A stretch of 64,000 bases of DNA from Azolla caroliniana (lineage: Eukaryota; Plantae; Polypodiophyta). The stretch spans positions 19,344,001 through 19,408,000 of the forward strand of contig JBHGNT010000014.1 of assembly GCA_043228905.1 (NCBI GenBank). The letters are read 5' to 3'. The position numbers and the translations under genes are program-made. Shown piece after piece: positions 48,055-60,299 of this stretch. The notes below the pieces were generated by a model. It had not been told where the DNA came from. It did no database searches and saw only the letters and a program-made list of their open reading frames with translations. The stretch's first letter is position 1; every line of letters begins with the position of its first letter.

Positions 48055-49782
48055 TCAAAATATACCATGCCTCTTTAGTGGCCCAGCCAAATCATTTTCA
48101 GCTTCCACTAGGTTCGCTAAGATCATATCTTGGAGATTATCCTCTTCTAGTGTCACCATTTCAAGGTGGTATACCATGAATTCCATGATCATTTGAGGAA
48201 GCTTCCTAAATTTCACATTTATATAGAACATGCCTTGCTCATTCACCTTGCCTGAGCTCCATATCAAGGTGTCTTTCCATTGTCTTTTCATTTTCACACG
48301 TATTGCAGTACCATATGTTGAATCTACATGAGCACCCATTTGTTGTTCCAACCATCCAAGAGCTTCTTCTCTGTTGTGGGGCTCCTTACTTCCCGCGATC
48401 AGCATATAGGACAGTCCACCGATCTTACCTTCGTCCTCACAATTACTATAGATATTGACTCTACACATGTTGTCCTTCTTCATCTCAGCTCCACATATTT
48501 CCTTGAACCACTTTTTGCCTGTCAGTTTCAATCTGATTTGTTGCCCGGTATTCGATAGGGGGGTCACTTTGTATTGAGGATTCCATTTCACTCTTGAACA
48601 TTTACGCATACCTTTGTTTTTCTCCATTCCATTTTCTTCCTCTTTTCTAGCACGCATATGCCTTTTCATTTTTTCTATCCCCTTAACATGTTGGGTTGTC
48701 ACCAGTGACTTATCTTGATCTTTCAAGGGGCTTACATCCTTTCCAATTCTTATTTCTCCTACCTCATCCATACATTCCTAATGCATATGTTCAGTCTCCA
48801 ACACTAACAAGTTGTCTTCCTGTTGGAATGTTTATGTGTCATTAATAGCATTCACAAAGTTGCTCTCCGAATTTGCCTTTGATCTTGCTTCCTTGTCATT
48901 AGCTATGTTTTCATTGTCCTCTAAGGTTAAGAGTTCATATTTGTTGCTAAGTGGAAGCCATTCTTGTCCGAGCATAATTTTTTGTTTTCCTTTATTGTTC
49001 ATATACTTCGATCCATCTTCATTCATCCGCATTGCATGGTTTATTCTCATATTTTTCTGTTGTGTCAGACTTGTTGGGCTTTTCCATCCATGCTTCCCAT
49101 TTCTATGATGCATAGTCTCCTTACCTCTAGGACATTCTCGAGCCATATGCCCCATTTGTCTACATACAAAGCATTGCCCTGGGAGTCCGACATATTCCAC
49201 TGGTTGTACATGATCAGGCATTAGTTTGCTTCTTAGCACCATTGATTGTGGTAAGGCCTTTACATCAAAGACAATTAATTCCATCCTTGGCGTTTCACTT
49301 ACTCTCTCTGCAAATGTTTTTTCCAAGCATTGCCCTCCCAGAATTTTACCAATGGCTAGGAGAAAGGACTCTCATTGCTTAGGTAAACCAGGGAAAAAGG
49401 TTGTTATTACTGCCGGATTTCCTACACAAGCATTTGCTTGTCACATGTCAAAGTCTACATCCCATTTGAATACATATGCTCTTGCATTGTGCCATGTCAA
49501 CGGGTTGATCTCGATAATTTTGCAAATATTCGTTTCAGGCATCACAGTAACATGGTAAAACCCCTTTCCCATAAATGTGATGTCCTTCATTCTACCAAGG
49601 TTTTCTTGCAAGCAACTTTGCAACCAATCCCGCAACAACGGGCGATTCGGTCGACCACCCACCACTTTCACCACAAATGATTCCCGTCTAAGTCTTATTA
49701 TTTCACTCTCCATGATGCATTCTTCTGGGGAGAGAACGAAGGCTCCCATAGCTTGCATTGAGCTATCACTTAGCCTATGCAT
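48055..49782 (-). pseudogene. LINE ORF1 (DUF4283/RRM-like region, CCHC knuckle, extra C-terminal domain); single frame with four stops
   Basis: VVKVVGGRP..MGKGFYHV..VFKW and QPVEYVGLPGQCFVCRQMGHMAREC. Track ORFs 49441..49782, 48832..49326 and 48055..48771 are in one frame. Confidence 0.85.
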
Positions 49783-49947
49783 CCCATCTATCCCCTATTC
49801 CAGATCATCATCATAAGCATTAGAATTTCGATCCTCACATACCTGCGTCCCCTTGTTGGCAAGAGGGTTTCATGTTGTTGTTCGTGTAGCCTCAGATGCT
49901 TCCGAGACGTTGTTTAATGCCCCCTCTATTGTTGTCACTCCTCTCAT

Positions 49948-50082
49948 CCCCGCCATCCCTGTCCACCGTTGCTTCTCCTCTGCTCATGTCAGTATCTAGC
50001 ACCTAATTTCTGCTCCCCGCCATCCCTGTCCACCGTTCCTTCTCCTCTGCTCATGTCAGTATCTAGCACCTAATTTCTGCTC
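49948..50082. repeat. Tandem duplication (~67 bp x2) near the LINE 5' end
   Basis: CCCGCCATCCCTGTCCACCGTT.CTTCTCCTCTGCTCATGTCAGTATCTAGCACCTAATTTCTGCTC occurs twice. Confidence 0.92.
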
Positions 50083-51232
50083 GTCTGCTCATGGATGACC
50101 CTTGCTATTACACTTCAGGAGAGCACGTATTCTTCTCTGTTATTTGTAATTCTTTACAAAAAGAGTCACTTGTAACTTCTCGGTTATTATATTGGCGTGG
50201 AAAAGAGAGATTGTGCTCTTAGTATAATTGATTTTTTTGTTTGGGTGTTAACGAGGTGGGAGATATAATTGATGCTCGAACTCAAAGATATAAACAAAAA
50301 ACAATTGTGGGTTGATTGGTGTTTATGGGAACATATGTTGTTTTTACAAGTGACTACTAATCTCTTATATAATTGCTCCCTTGAGTCCCGTCAGTGGCTA
50401 TCACTAAGGCTAAACAAGAATGGAATGTACATACATTTGATTATAGATTGTGACAAATTTCAAAATGTAGTTGGAATTCCAAATTGCCACTTGTAATGAA
50501 GATCTTCATTTGGAGGGTTTTGATTGGGGGTTTGCCTTTGGATTAACTCTAAGGCGACGTGGACTAGTACAAACAATTGTTTCTTTCACATTTTTCAAAT
50601 GGAGGATAGTACTCATTGTTTTATACTATCTCTGATTGCAAGCCAGATTTGGATTACATTTCCTCAAATTTGGCAAGTTTGTCACATTGTTATTTGACGC
50701 CAAGACACTAGGTGTTTACAATTCACAGTGGACACACGTCAACCCAAAATCATAGATGGAGATTCTTCTCTTATTTCTAACGTATTCGGGATTGTGTCAT
50801 AATTGAGATGTCCACAATGCTTTTGTATTTGATGGCAAGCATGGAGTGATAACCCCCTCTTAATATATCATCATTGCTTTCACGAAGTGCACTATATTCA
50901 AAGCATGTAAAATCCTCTACCAGTGATGTGTGAATAACGGATACACATATGAGCTCAACCGTTTAGGTGCTCTCTTTGGTGTGACACTCAAAGTCATCAC
51001 CCCCTCTAATATATCATCTTAGCTTTCATGAAGTGCACTATATGCAAAGCATGTAAATTCCTCTACTAGCGATGTGTGAATAAGGCATACACATATGAGC
51101 TCAACCATCTTATCTAAGCAGGCTCGGCCCTTGCTTTTCGGGTATAGAAGGCTTATTATAGAATGCCTATATGCTTTCCAAATCAAGTTAGGGTGATGGG
51201 AAAGTGGGAATGCTAACTTATGACCATACTCA

Positions 51233-51319
51233 CGGATGGAGAGGGATTTGAACCCCCGGTATCTCTCCGAATACTTCGGTTTTCAAGACCGACTCTTTAA
51301 ACCGCTCAGACATCCATCC
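51233..51319 (-). tRNA. trnS-UGA: Mitochondrial-type tRNA-Ser(UGA), nuclear copy (likely pseudogene)
   Basis: GGATGGATGTCTGAGCGGTTTAAAGAGTCGGTCTTGAAAACCGAAGTATT...ATACCGGGGGTTCAAATCCCTCTCCATCCG forms a cloverleaf with a long variable arm and anticodon TGA. It resembles plant mt trnS(UGA). The T-loop reads TTCAAA instead of TTCGAA. Confidence 0.93.
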
Positions 51320-51500
51320 CTTTCCCGATAAGATCACAAGCCATCAATAATCAACGGGAAAGCGTGCCAAGCTTTCAGGTCTTTGTAAATCGCACGCAAC
51401 GCCTTCATCTGCCGCTTAGCCGAAAGCTATGAAAGCACTTTGTGGCACCTTAAAATTGGAGCCGGCATAACATCGTGAAGTTGCCGCTTCTGCATAATTT

Positions 51501-51567
51501 GCAATTCCAACTTCATGTTCTCGAGTTGCAGAGAACAATCCGAACTGAGGCAATCTTTTTGGATTCG
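51501..51567 (-). rRNA. rrn18: Fragment of mitochondrial SSU rRNA (rrn18)
   Basis: AAGATTGCCTCAGTTCGGATTGTTCTCTGCAACTCGAGAACATGAAGTTGGAATTGC matches the SSU rRNA 3' major domain in its alphaproteobacterial/plant-mitochondrial form. Confidence 0.88.
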
Positions 51568-51829
51568 TTGTTCTCTTTGGTGTGACACTCAAGTCATCAC
51601 CCCCTCTAATATATCATCATAGCTTTCACAAAGTGCAGTATATGCAAAGCATGTAAAATCCTCCATTAGCCCTTCCTTATACCTTACATGTCTTTATATT
51701 TGGCTGATTTTGATGTCATAATGGAATTTCAATATCTAGGTTGTGTGATCGAGTGCAACAGGGTTAGGGCTCTACGAGAGTTTATATTCATGTTAGTAAT
51801 AAGGTTAAATACGATCAATAAACCTTCCT

Positions 51830-52395
51830 GCCTTATATAGAACCTAACATTCAGGATTGATGTTTGCAATGTAATATTCTAATTTTGTCCTTTTCGCATC
51901 TTCCACTTCTTCTTAATGGTTCCATTAATCTTTCCTCAATAACTACATATTTCATAGCATCACTTGAAAGCTCTATGAGACATCCCATCTTTTGAACCAT
52001 TTTTTATGTCAACTATCCAACCAAATGAGAGGATTTTTCTATTGTAATCCTTTTGTTGTTTACATGCAACATTCCAAGCATGACGTGGTAATCTATGATT
52101 TGGCATATTCTTAGACTTTCGTAATATATCTATTTGCTCCATGTGGCACCAATACCTCTGTAGGTCGAATACCTGTTTCCAAACGCATAACATGATAGGA
52201 GATGGGGATTTAATTCCCAATTGTCTCCTTAAAAAATCGTTTGAATCTTCTCAATCTAATTCCATGCATTAAGAGAGATATTGTCTACCCACACTTCTAC
52301 TCCATAAAGCAAAACTTGTGTTATCATAGCATTAAATAACATTAGTTTCACTTCCCATCAATGAGCATCACTCTGGTTGCATTTATTTTCCACCT
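51830..52395 (-). mobile_element. Truncated non-LTR retroelement (RTE/CR1-like) 3' fragment
   Basis: Degenerate KLMLFNAMITQVLLYGVEVW...IEKIQ...LGIK...MPNHRLPRHAW...W..DIK, typical of the post-RT region. It is a different type from the L1-like copies. Confidence 0.65.
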
Positions 52396-53684
52396 AGTTC
52401 CATGGGATAGTGATTAATCTATGAGCAAAGGCCACAGCCCATGACGAGCATCAAACTTGGGTTCTCTTAATAGTATGAGAGGTACAGAGAAAGGGAGAGA
52501 GAAGCCCAATTTGTTATTAGAAGCGATATTTTTAATCGTAAAAGGCAAATTTGACAATTCAATCTCCTTTGTTCTAGTGGGGAAGACATGTTCTAAGTTT
52601 TCCTATAGAATTTATTCAAATTATTGTATATAATAAATAGCTGTTATTTGTTTATTTTAATCCATAAAATGCTCATAAAAGCAAAGAAAAAAGAGAAAAA
52701 AACCATGCAACTATTTATAGATATTGTTATTTTGAGTTGTTAAAATTGATTTACTGCTCTTCAGCTTGAATGGAAAATATGTTTTGAGCTTTTTAAGCAT
52801 TCATGTAACCTTGATGGAAAGTTTGTAGGATAGAATAGTTGAGTTACAGCAAAAACAAGAACCAACCAGAGACAGCTCAAGAACTTGCATCTGGAGCAAC
52901 TTTATGAAGGCTGCCTCATGTACTTCTTTGAGATCACGGCAATAGATTATGATTAATGTTTGGCGCGAGATTGAGAAACAAGGTGACTGGATAGGTTAGC
53001 TCCAAACCGATTAAGTGTATTGTATAATTCCAAATTCTATTTCTTATGATAGTTACAATATACCTCAACATATAGATAATTTGTGACAATGGCAGATTAT
53101 GTTATGCATTTAAAACTACCTACCCAATCGTGTACCTTTACCTAATAACAATCATAATTCTATGACTAAATAAACAATGTTTCTACTCTTCAGCATGAAT
53201 GGGCACAGAGATATGAGACCTTAGGGGAGAGAAACAAACCAATTTCCAATATCCTTATCCTAACCTTAACCATCCAGGACAATAATGATGACAGAACTCA
53301 TTGTAAAAATGCTCCCACTGCAGCAAAATCACATATAAAGATCATACATGATATAATGTGGGGATGTAGCATGTCAATTTACACTCTAAATATAGTTTCT
53401 CCATATGCCTTGCTATTTGAAAGCAAAGATCTGATATTCAACTACACGTCAACCCTTGTAAAATAAAAATGAGAGGAATGTATAAGGTATAATCGCAAAA
53501 CCGATTATATTGAGTATTTGTTGTTAGAAACTATACCCCTAAATAATTTCAGAAATCCACATGTCAATTTACACACCATTCATGGAACCAATGATGAATG
53601 GAATATTCACATGGGATGTTTCTTCATAGCTTACAGTATGTTTGAGGCCCCCTCTAAGAAGCTTTAACTAAGAATGAATGGAAA

Positions 53685-56122
53685 TCAATGTCTGCTCTCT
53701 ACTTTCTGTTTTGCTTTCTCACTAACCTTAAGAAGTTCATGCAATCTCAAGTTCTCCTCTCTACTGATCTCCAGTGTCTTCTTGAGGTCATCAATTTCAG
53801 CAACTTGCTGTTTAGCTTCTTTCTCCATTGTGAGTAATTGTTGACGAAATGATTCCATTCTTTCATCTCTTGCTTTCAATTGTCGATCAAAAGCATTGAT
53901 CTCTTGTAAGTGCATTTGCTCCATTTTCGATCGTGCCTTCTCAAGCTCTAGCCAATCTTGCAATGCAGGACTTCTCCTATTATATGAGACTATAACACAT
54001 CATGAAAAGGAGAGGCTTTTAGTTGCAGAACACTCGGTAATAATATTAATAAATTCAAAAACATACTAGAAATTTAGCTGTTGTCTTTCATTGAGAACTT
54101 GGGATAATATTGTACATTCATGAGACATACTAAAAATTTCAAAAAAGCGGTACTAACAGTTACATGCAACATTCTACCATATTCACAAAACAATAAGGGA
54201 GTAAGATATCAATCATTACAATAAAGAGATGAACCTGAATCAATGCTCCCTTTTTGCAGCATATCCAGTGTTGCTTTTGATGCAAAGTATGCTTTTTTCC
54301 ATTTTTTAAGTTGTTTTTCGAAGTGAGTGTCTGAATTTATGCACTGAGAGAGAGCAGCATTGTCAACTGAAATGTTGTTAGCATTAGTGGCGTTATAATC
54401 ATTGCAAACCATCAAGACCCCGGTATGTGTTTCTTCACTGTGGCAATGAGTTCCTTCTAAACTACTCATATTCTTTTTATGCTTAGTCTTTCGAGAAAGT
54501 GAATTTTGTTCTAAACGAGATGCTTTTTCTTGAAATACGTCAAGCTTCTTCTGCAAGAATTTCACCTCTTCATCAAATGCTGATTGAAGCTCTTGTATCT
54601 CTTCATCATGAAGTCTTTGCAGTTCCTTCAGTTTATCAAGTCCAGGTTCTATTCTGTTCTTCGAGTTTCCATGACTGTTTGTTTCTTTCAAAACATGGCT
54701 GTTCTTAACACATAATTTCCGCCATTTCTCTTTCTCACTTTCTGCGTGTAGGAACTTAGCATTGGCAATAGCAATCTGCCTTTCCAGTTCTTGTTTTTCC
54801 TCTGTTTCTCTCTCAGATTTTTTCAGCATTTCTGTTATGATATCCTCTTTCTCCTCAGATGCATTTTGAAGTATGGAGATTTCAGACGACATTTGTGTAA
54901 CTAACTCTTCATAGTGCTTTTGTTCTTTTTTCATCTCAGTTAGGTTGTTAAGCGCAGACTCTAGGTCTTGCAATGCTTGCGTTTTCTCCTCTTCAATACA
55001 TTTTTGTGCACTTTGAAGCTCAGCCATAGCCATTTGAAGCTCATCAATCACCATTTGACTCTTACAGAGATCTGAGGAACGAACTTCTGATTCAGTCAAA
55101 AGCTTCTCTTTAACCAAAAGCTTTTCTTTGAGCTCACGTAGTTCAGATTCAACCATAACCAGTTTTCCTTTAAGAGCATTTTTCTCCTCTTGCTCTGCCT
55201 TGAGTTCCTCCATGCTAGCCATAACCACAAATTCTTGCTCCCGAAATCGTTCTTTTAGTTCAATAAGGAATCCTTCTTTGCGATCACATTCTTCACATTC
55301 AGATTCTAATTGTATATTTCTCATTCGTTGAGATGTTTGTTTTAGATATTGCTGATCCATGAAAGACCTTTGCAATTCTTCCCAAAGGCGCCTCTGATCA
55401 GAAATAAGTTTTCTTTTCTCTGCTTTCCAAGCATATTCTCTACTAGCAAAGATGGAAACAACTTTCTCGTTTGCTCTTCCTTCTTCAGCTCTTCTTCTCC
55501 TGAGACTAAGAACCTCATCCTGCAATTGCTTAATAATATGTTGTAAAAGCAGTGTTTCTTCCTCACCTATTTTTGATGATGTAAAACATTCTTTCTTGTG
55601 ATCCATGTTTTCTTCTCCAGAATTATGGAGTTCCAATTCTGAAGTTGATAGATACTTGTCTTCTCTTAAGCAGATGGCTTTGTCTTGACCATATGCTATC
55701 TTTAATGGTGTTTTGTTGTGATCTACATCCTCTCCTATAGAATTGTGAAGTTTTACTTCTAAAGTTGAGGTATTCTCCTCTGTCTCTTCCAAAAATGTAG
55801 TTTGGTCTTGATCGCATACCTTCTGCCCTAGTTTTGATGATGTAACACATTCTATATTGTGATCTGCATCTTCTTTTATGCCACACTCCTTTTTCTCATC
55901 TGAAAATGTGGGTTTGTCATATACCTCCTGACTTATCATTGATGATCCAATACATTCTTTGCTGTGATGTATATCTTCTTCTACAGAGTTCTGGAGATCT
56001 ATTGTTGAGATTGAGCTATTCTTCTTGCCCTCTTCAATAAATATACCTTTACGTTGGCTATATGGCTCTTGTGGATTCATGCTTGTAAAATTTGTTTCTT
56101 TTGAGAACAGAATATCACACAC
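53685..56122 (-). CDS. Long coiled-coil protein, similar to Arabidopsis At5g53020/At3g45900 family (annotated 'RNase P subunit P38-related')
   Basis: Exon to 54235 (CAG|GTTCAT), intron, then exon 53989-53685 in phase. Recalled family motifs RRRR.E..RANEKVV.IFAS.E..W..E...L and EQ.H..E..AF..Q....DE..E.FR..LL.ME. First in-frame ATG at 56080. A further donor (AAG|GTTAGT ~53727) is possible. Confidence 0.75.
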
Positions 56123-57289
56123 TTTCTGTTAATCTGGAGTTGATTTACATCCTGTAATATCTGGAACAAACAATGACATATCTCTGCTATTCTTTCTGCT
56201 AAGAATTTATGGACGATAGAAAAAAGATAGCAAATTGTCTTCTTTGTGGTGTTGAAGTTGACTTAACTCCTGCTTGATCTTCAAACGAGCAGGATTGGCA
56301 GATCTCTGCCATTTCTACTTCCTAGAATAAATGCCATCTATGACAATTTCCTTCAATTCAGATTGGAAATTTGACCAAATTGAAGCAACAAAAAAACATT
56401 ACATAGAACTCTGAAATTTAAAGAATCTACAGCAGCTTCTCTTTTTGTGTTTACTGAATGTTCATATATGTTCTGTTCAATCTGGGGGTTGAATTATCTC
56501 TTGTCTTCTTATAGCTGGACCAATCAATATTGATAGATCTCTGATATTTTTTTCTTTGATGGAAATTATGACAGTGACCAACTTTCAGAATCAATCGTAG
56601 ATTTTCAAGGTTTGATGAAGGCAAAGCTTCAACGAATATTGTATATATTTTCTGATGCTTTTCTGCAGAATTTGTGAAGTCTATAGAGAGATTTATGTGT
56701 CTGCCTCTCAATTTCTCCTGCCACATTAGAAACGAACAAACAACAAATTTGAAATGAACAACAGAAAAATAAAGTTGATGCAAATGAACAACACAAGAGA
56801 CAAAAAAGACTTCTTGAAACAAAACAAGCAAATATATAAAAACACCAAGACAGACAACAAATTCAAAACAAACAACCAACAACAATGTCAAGAAAGCAAT
56901 AGTTTGCTATTTCTTCTTTACACACCTCAACAAGTAATGACCTGCAATTTTAGAACTGGGTGTAATTTTGCGAAAATTCAAAGAAGTAAGAAAACTGTAA
57001 ATGCCATTTCTTCGAATGGTGCAGAAACTATGGAGTTCTAGAGAAAACAAACGTACATGAAAACAATGTTTGTTTATTCTTTCTGAAATATTCAAAAACT
57101 ATGGCGTTGGTGTTCTAGACGGAACAAATAGAAAAGGTTTTCGTATGATGTCTTGCAGAAATACTTTTAAGCATTCGAAGCTCTCTCTCTGTCTCTCCCT
57201 GTGTGTCTGTTTGCTTCTGTGTGTGTGTGTGCCTGTGTGTGAGAGAGAGAGATACAGAAAGACAGACAGAGATAGAGAATTCAGTGGCG

Positions 57290-57520
57290 ACATACCTTGT
57301 ATCACGAAGAAGATCTACACGGAGGAATGCACAAGGAATCCTGTCTGCTGAGAAGGCCTTACTCTCACACACACACACACACACTATTTACCTCTCTTTC
57401 TGTCTCTGTCTCTGTCTCTGTCTCTCGATTAGGGTTCGCAGAGTTAGGAGGCCGTACTACTGCCTGTTGCGAAGCTCCCATGGAAGCTTTATCGCTCAAG
57501 GAAGACAGGAGGAAGGAATT
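57290..57520 (-). promoter_or_regulatory. Probable non-coding first exon / TSS region of the coiled-coil gene
   Basis: Telobox AACCCTAA at ~57430, GA/GT repeats, and donor AAG|GTATGT at ~57295 on the minus strand. Confidence 0.5.
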
Positions 57521-57989
57521 CGAGTTTAAATTTTTATTTCGTTTTTTTCTGCTCAATGCTCATTATTGGCTCCCATTTTTATTGAATAACAGTTATATTC
57601 GTTTTTTTTTTTTTAATTAATTAATTAATTAATTTATTTATTTATTTATTTATTTATTTATTTTTCTACATTTATTTTTTTATATTAACTTCTTTGCTTT
57701 ACATTTACTTCTTATTTCTTTATTTAATTGCTCATTTAGTTTTTAATTTTAATTTTATTTGCTTAATTGCCAATTTATTTTTATTTATGTTATGTTATGT
57801 TATGTTATGTATGTATGTATATCTGCTTATTTGATTTGCATTTATTTAATACGTTAGTAAATAGGAAAGAAAAGTACTGAGAAAAAAGGGAGCTCATTTT
57901 GCTTGTATCACACTTTGTGCCAACCCAACTAATTCGTGTTCTAACGAGAAGAGACACAAGCTCACGGGTTGGACTGAGGTACGATACGA

Positions 57990-58105
57990 CCACGCCAATC
58001 GATTGACATTCCATATGATCCAAGCCAATCGGTCGAGATAATACGATACAATCCCAGCAAATCGGCCAAGATAATATGATACAATCCAAGCCAATTGGCC
58101 AAGAA
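57990..58105. repeat. ~31-bp degenerate tandem repeat
   Basis: GCCAATCGG..AGATAATA.GATACAATCC.A units, about 3-4 copies. Confidence 0.75.
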
Positions 58106-58286
58106 CACACACCACACCTCTCCGGCCACACAACACATCGTTGTTTTCCTCTCTTAACATTGGTCATTCTGTGGACTCTATCATTAGCTTGTGATCTACA
58201 TTGTGGCCTCAGACTCGAATCATCGTTTGACCATACAATTCATGGTTGCTTCTATTGCTTATATTCAAAGAGATGGCGATCTTATG

Positions 58287-58600
58287 TAGAACTCCAACCA
58301 TGGCACGGGGTAAGCTACTCTTTTTGTCGACTACCTAGTGGGGAAGACATACTTATACCCCATACATTCAAAGGCACAACAACTTAAGTAGAACTCCAAT
58401 CATGGCACGAGGTAAGGTGCTCTTTTTGTCGACTGCCCTGTGGCCAAACCACACTTATCTCCCTTACATTCAAAGACATGTCGACGAATGTAGAACTCCA
58501 ACCATGGCATGAGTTAAGCTGCTCTTCTCATTGACCACCGTGTGGGCAAGCCACACCATTGATGGAATGCATCCACATCTTCATCGTACATTCAAATTGT
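58287..58600. repeat. 102-bp tandem repeat x3
   Basis: TAGAACTCCAA.CATGGCA.G...TAAG..CT at 58287, 58389 and 58491. Confidence 0.88.
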
Positions 58601-60299
58601 TCATTCCCTCGTCTTGTCGTTGCTTATTTGCTATATCCTTCCAATTTCCTAACATTTTCTTACTTTTGTATCAAACTCGAAGCAACTTTTGGGTTTTTTT
58701 TTTTTTCAAAAAACCTTTTGGGTTTTATAGTTAGACCCCAAGCAAGCTACTATGATTGCTTGTGAAGGATAGGTGCACCCAACCCTATTTATTTGTATGC
58801 TTCCTTGCTTGTTTTGGATGTTTACTTACATTGTACCATCGTATTTTCCAATTTCCTAAGCACCCTAAACAAAATTTGTCAATTACAAAATATATAGCTT
58901 AAATATTGCCATTGCCTAAGGATTCTATAAAAGTAAATTAATGTTATTGTTTTCCGAAGTTTTGGACCTTTTGGCCCTTTTTAAGGATAAACTAAATGTG
59001 GATTAGCGTACTCTTCGTTCGATCATAAATGATAAGAAAGAGCACATCATATTTATTGAATTTCCTAGCCTTTGACTTTCATTTAAATATAAGCTTTATA
59101 ATCCACGTCCTTGGGATTAGGTTTTGTTGGCATTCCCTGATGATGAAGGCAATCATCTATAATTAACACGCTATTTTTTTCAACCCAATCCTTGGGTTAT
59201 GAAATGTGTATGTGGAAAACCATATTTTAAGGTGAATTTGACAACTTGTAGGTCACAAGACCCAAGTGATTTATATATGTTATCCCTGCACACCTAGATA
59301 GAAGGAGAACTAGTTTAATGGGTGTGGGCTTATCCTATATACTATGTTTTGTATATAAAACACATTTGTTTGTACTAATTCAATTATAAATTTAATGTTT
59401 CCATATTTCACTTTTTAGCTTGTAAATATGTTGCCCAACTTCAGTCTAGTTTAGTAGGCCTTCATTGTGAAGAAAATATTTGGCAAGAGAAAGTGCATCT
59501 CTAGCAAAAGTAGAACCAAACAAATTTGAGTTTCATTGATCAATTGCCATCACGGGGTATCAATTGTGCAATATTGTGGGAAAAAAATACGAAGATATTG
59601 TTTCGACGTCCTCGAGAAATATATTGAAGTTTCATCAAGCACGAGAGATTTCTAGAAGAAAAATACAAGTATATATATATATATAAAGCTCAATTTCTAG
59701 GTAATGCATCTTCAAAGTTTTTTTAAGAATGAAATCAAGTGATAATAAATTATGTGACCTTTATGTGAGGTAGTAAAACACTAATAAAAGCACGAAACCC
59801 CACACATCACCAACCTAAAAAAAGTGTTTTTCTCGTGTAATAAAAATGCTTTTAAGTTAAGCAAATCCCGGATGGATTGATATTGTACGCGTAAGCCATG
59901 TTACTCTATTTAAATTTTCATGACAAATGAAATTGTTATAATGAAAATCTAGGGACAGTTGAACTATGTTCAAAACTTCATGGAAATATTCAAATATAAG
60001 CAAAGAATCATTCCAAACCCTACCAACGTTGAAATTCTAATCACAATAAATTATATTATTTGTAATTTATCATCATGTATGTATTTAGATTGATAAGATC
60101 AAATAGATATCTAGCGATGTAACTGTCAATGGAACCAATCTCTTATTATGGCAGTTTTATTTGTTAATCGGCATATGTTGTTCTAAAGGTTAGAGACCAA
60201 CTTATAGTTCAATCGAGTCATAACTTCTTCTTCTTCTTCCTTGAAAGATTTTCTTCAATAGTATTAAAAACATCGAAAAAGTACAAGTAAAAGTTATTT

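Larger units (their letters stand above)
43554..50137 (-). mobile_element. Full-length L1-type LINE (6.6 kb), decayed
   Basis: 14-bp TSD TGTTATTTGTAATT at 43540-43553 and 50138-50151. A-rich 3' tail. ORF1 and ORF2 motifs are in the expected order. Confidence 0.93.
51109..51570 (-). other. Mosaic NUMT (~460 bp)
   Basis: Contains a mitochondrial-type trnS(UGA) and an internal rrn18 fragment. It replaces ~8 bp of the repeat unit between GAGCTCAACC and TCTCTTTGGTGTGACACTC. Confidence 0.85.
50846..51665. repeat. ~150-bp tandem repeat (three partial-to-complete copies) interrupted by a mitochondrial insertion
   Basis: CCCCTCT(T)AATATATCATC...AAGTGCA.TATA..CAAAGCATGTAAA at ~50854, ~51001 and ~51601. 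Confidence 0.9.

Noticed and set aside
51233-51319. Functional nuclear tRNA-Ser gene or tRNA-derived SINE
   Set aside because: Mitochondrial-type sequence next to an rrn18 fragment, with a mutated T-loop and no adjacent oligo-T terminator, tail or TSD.
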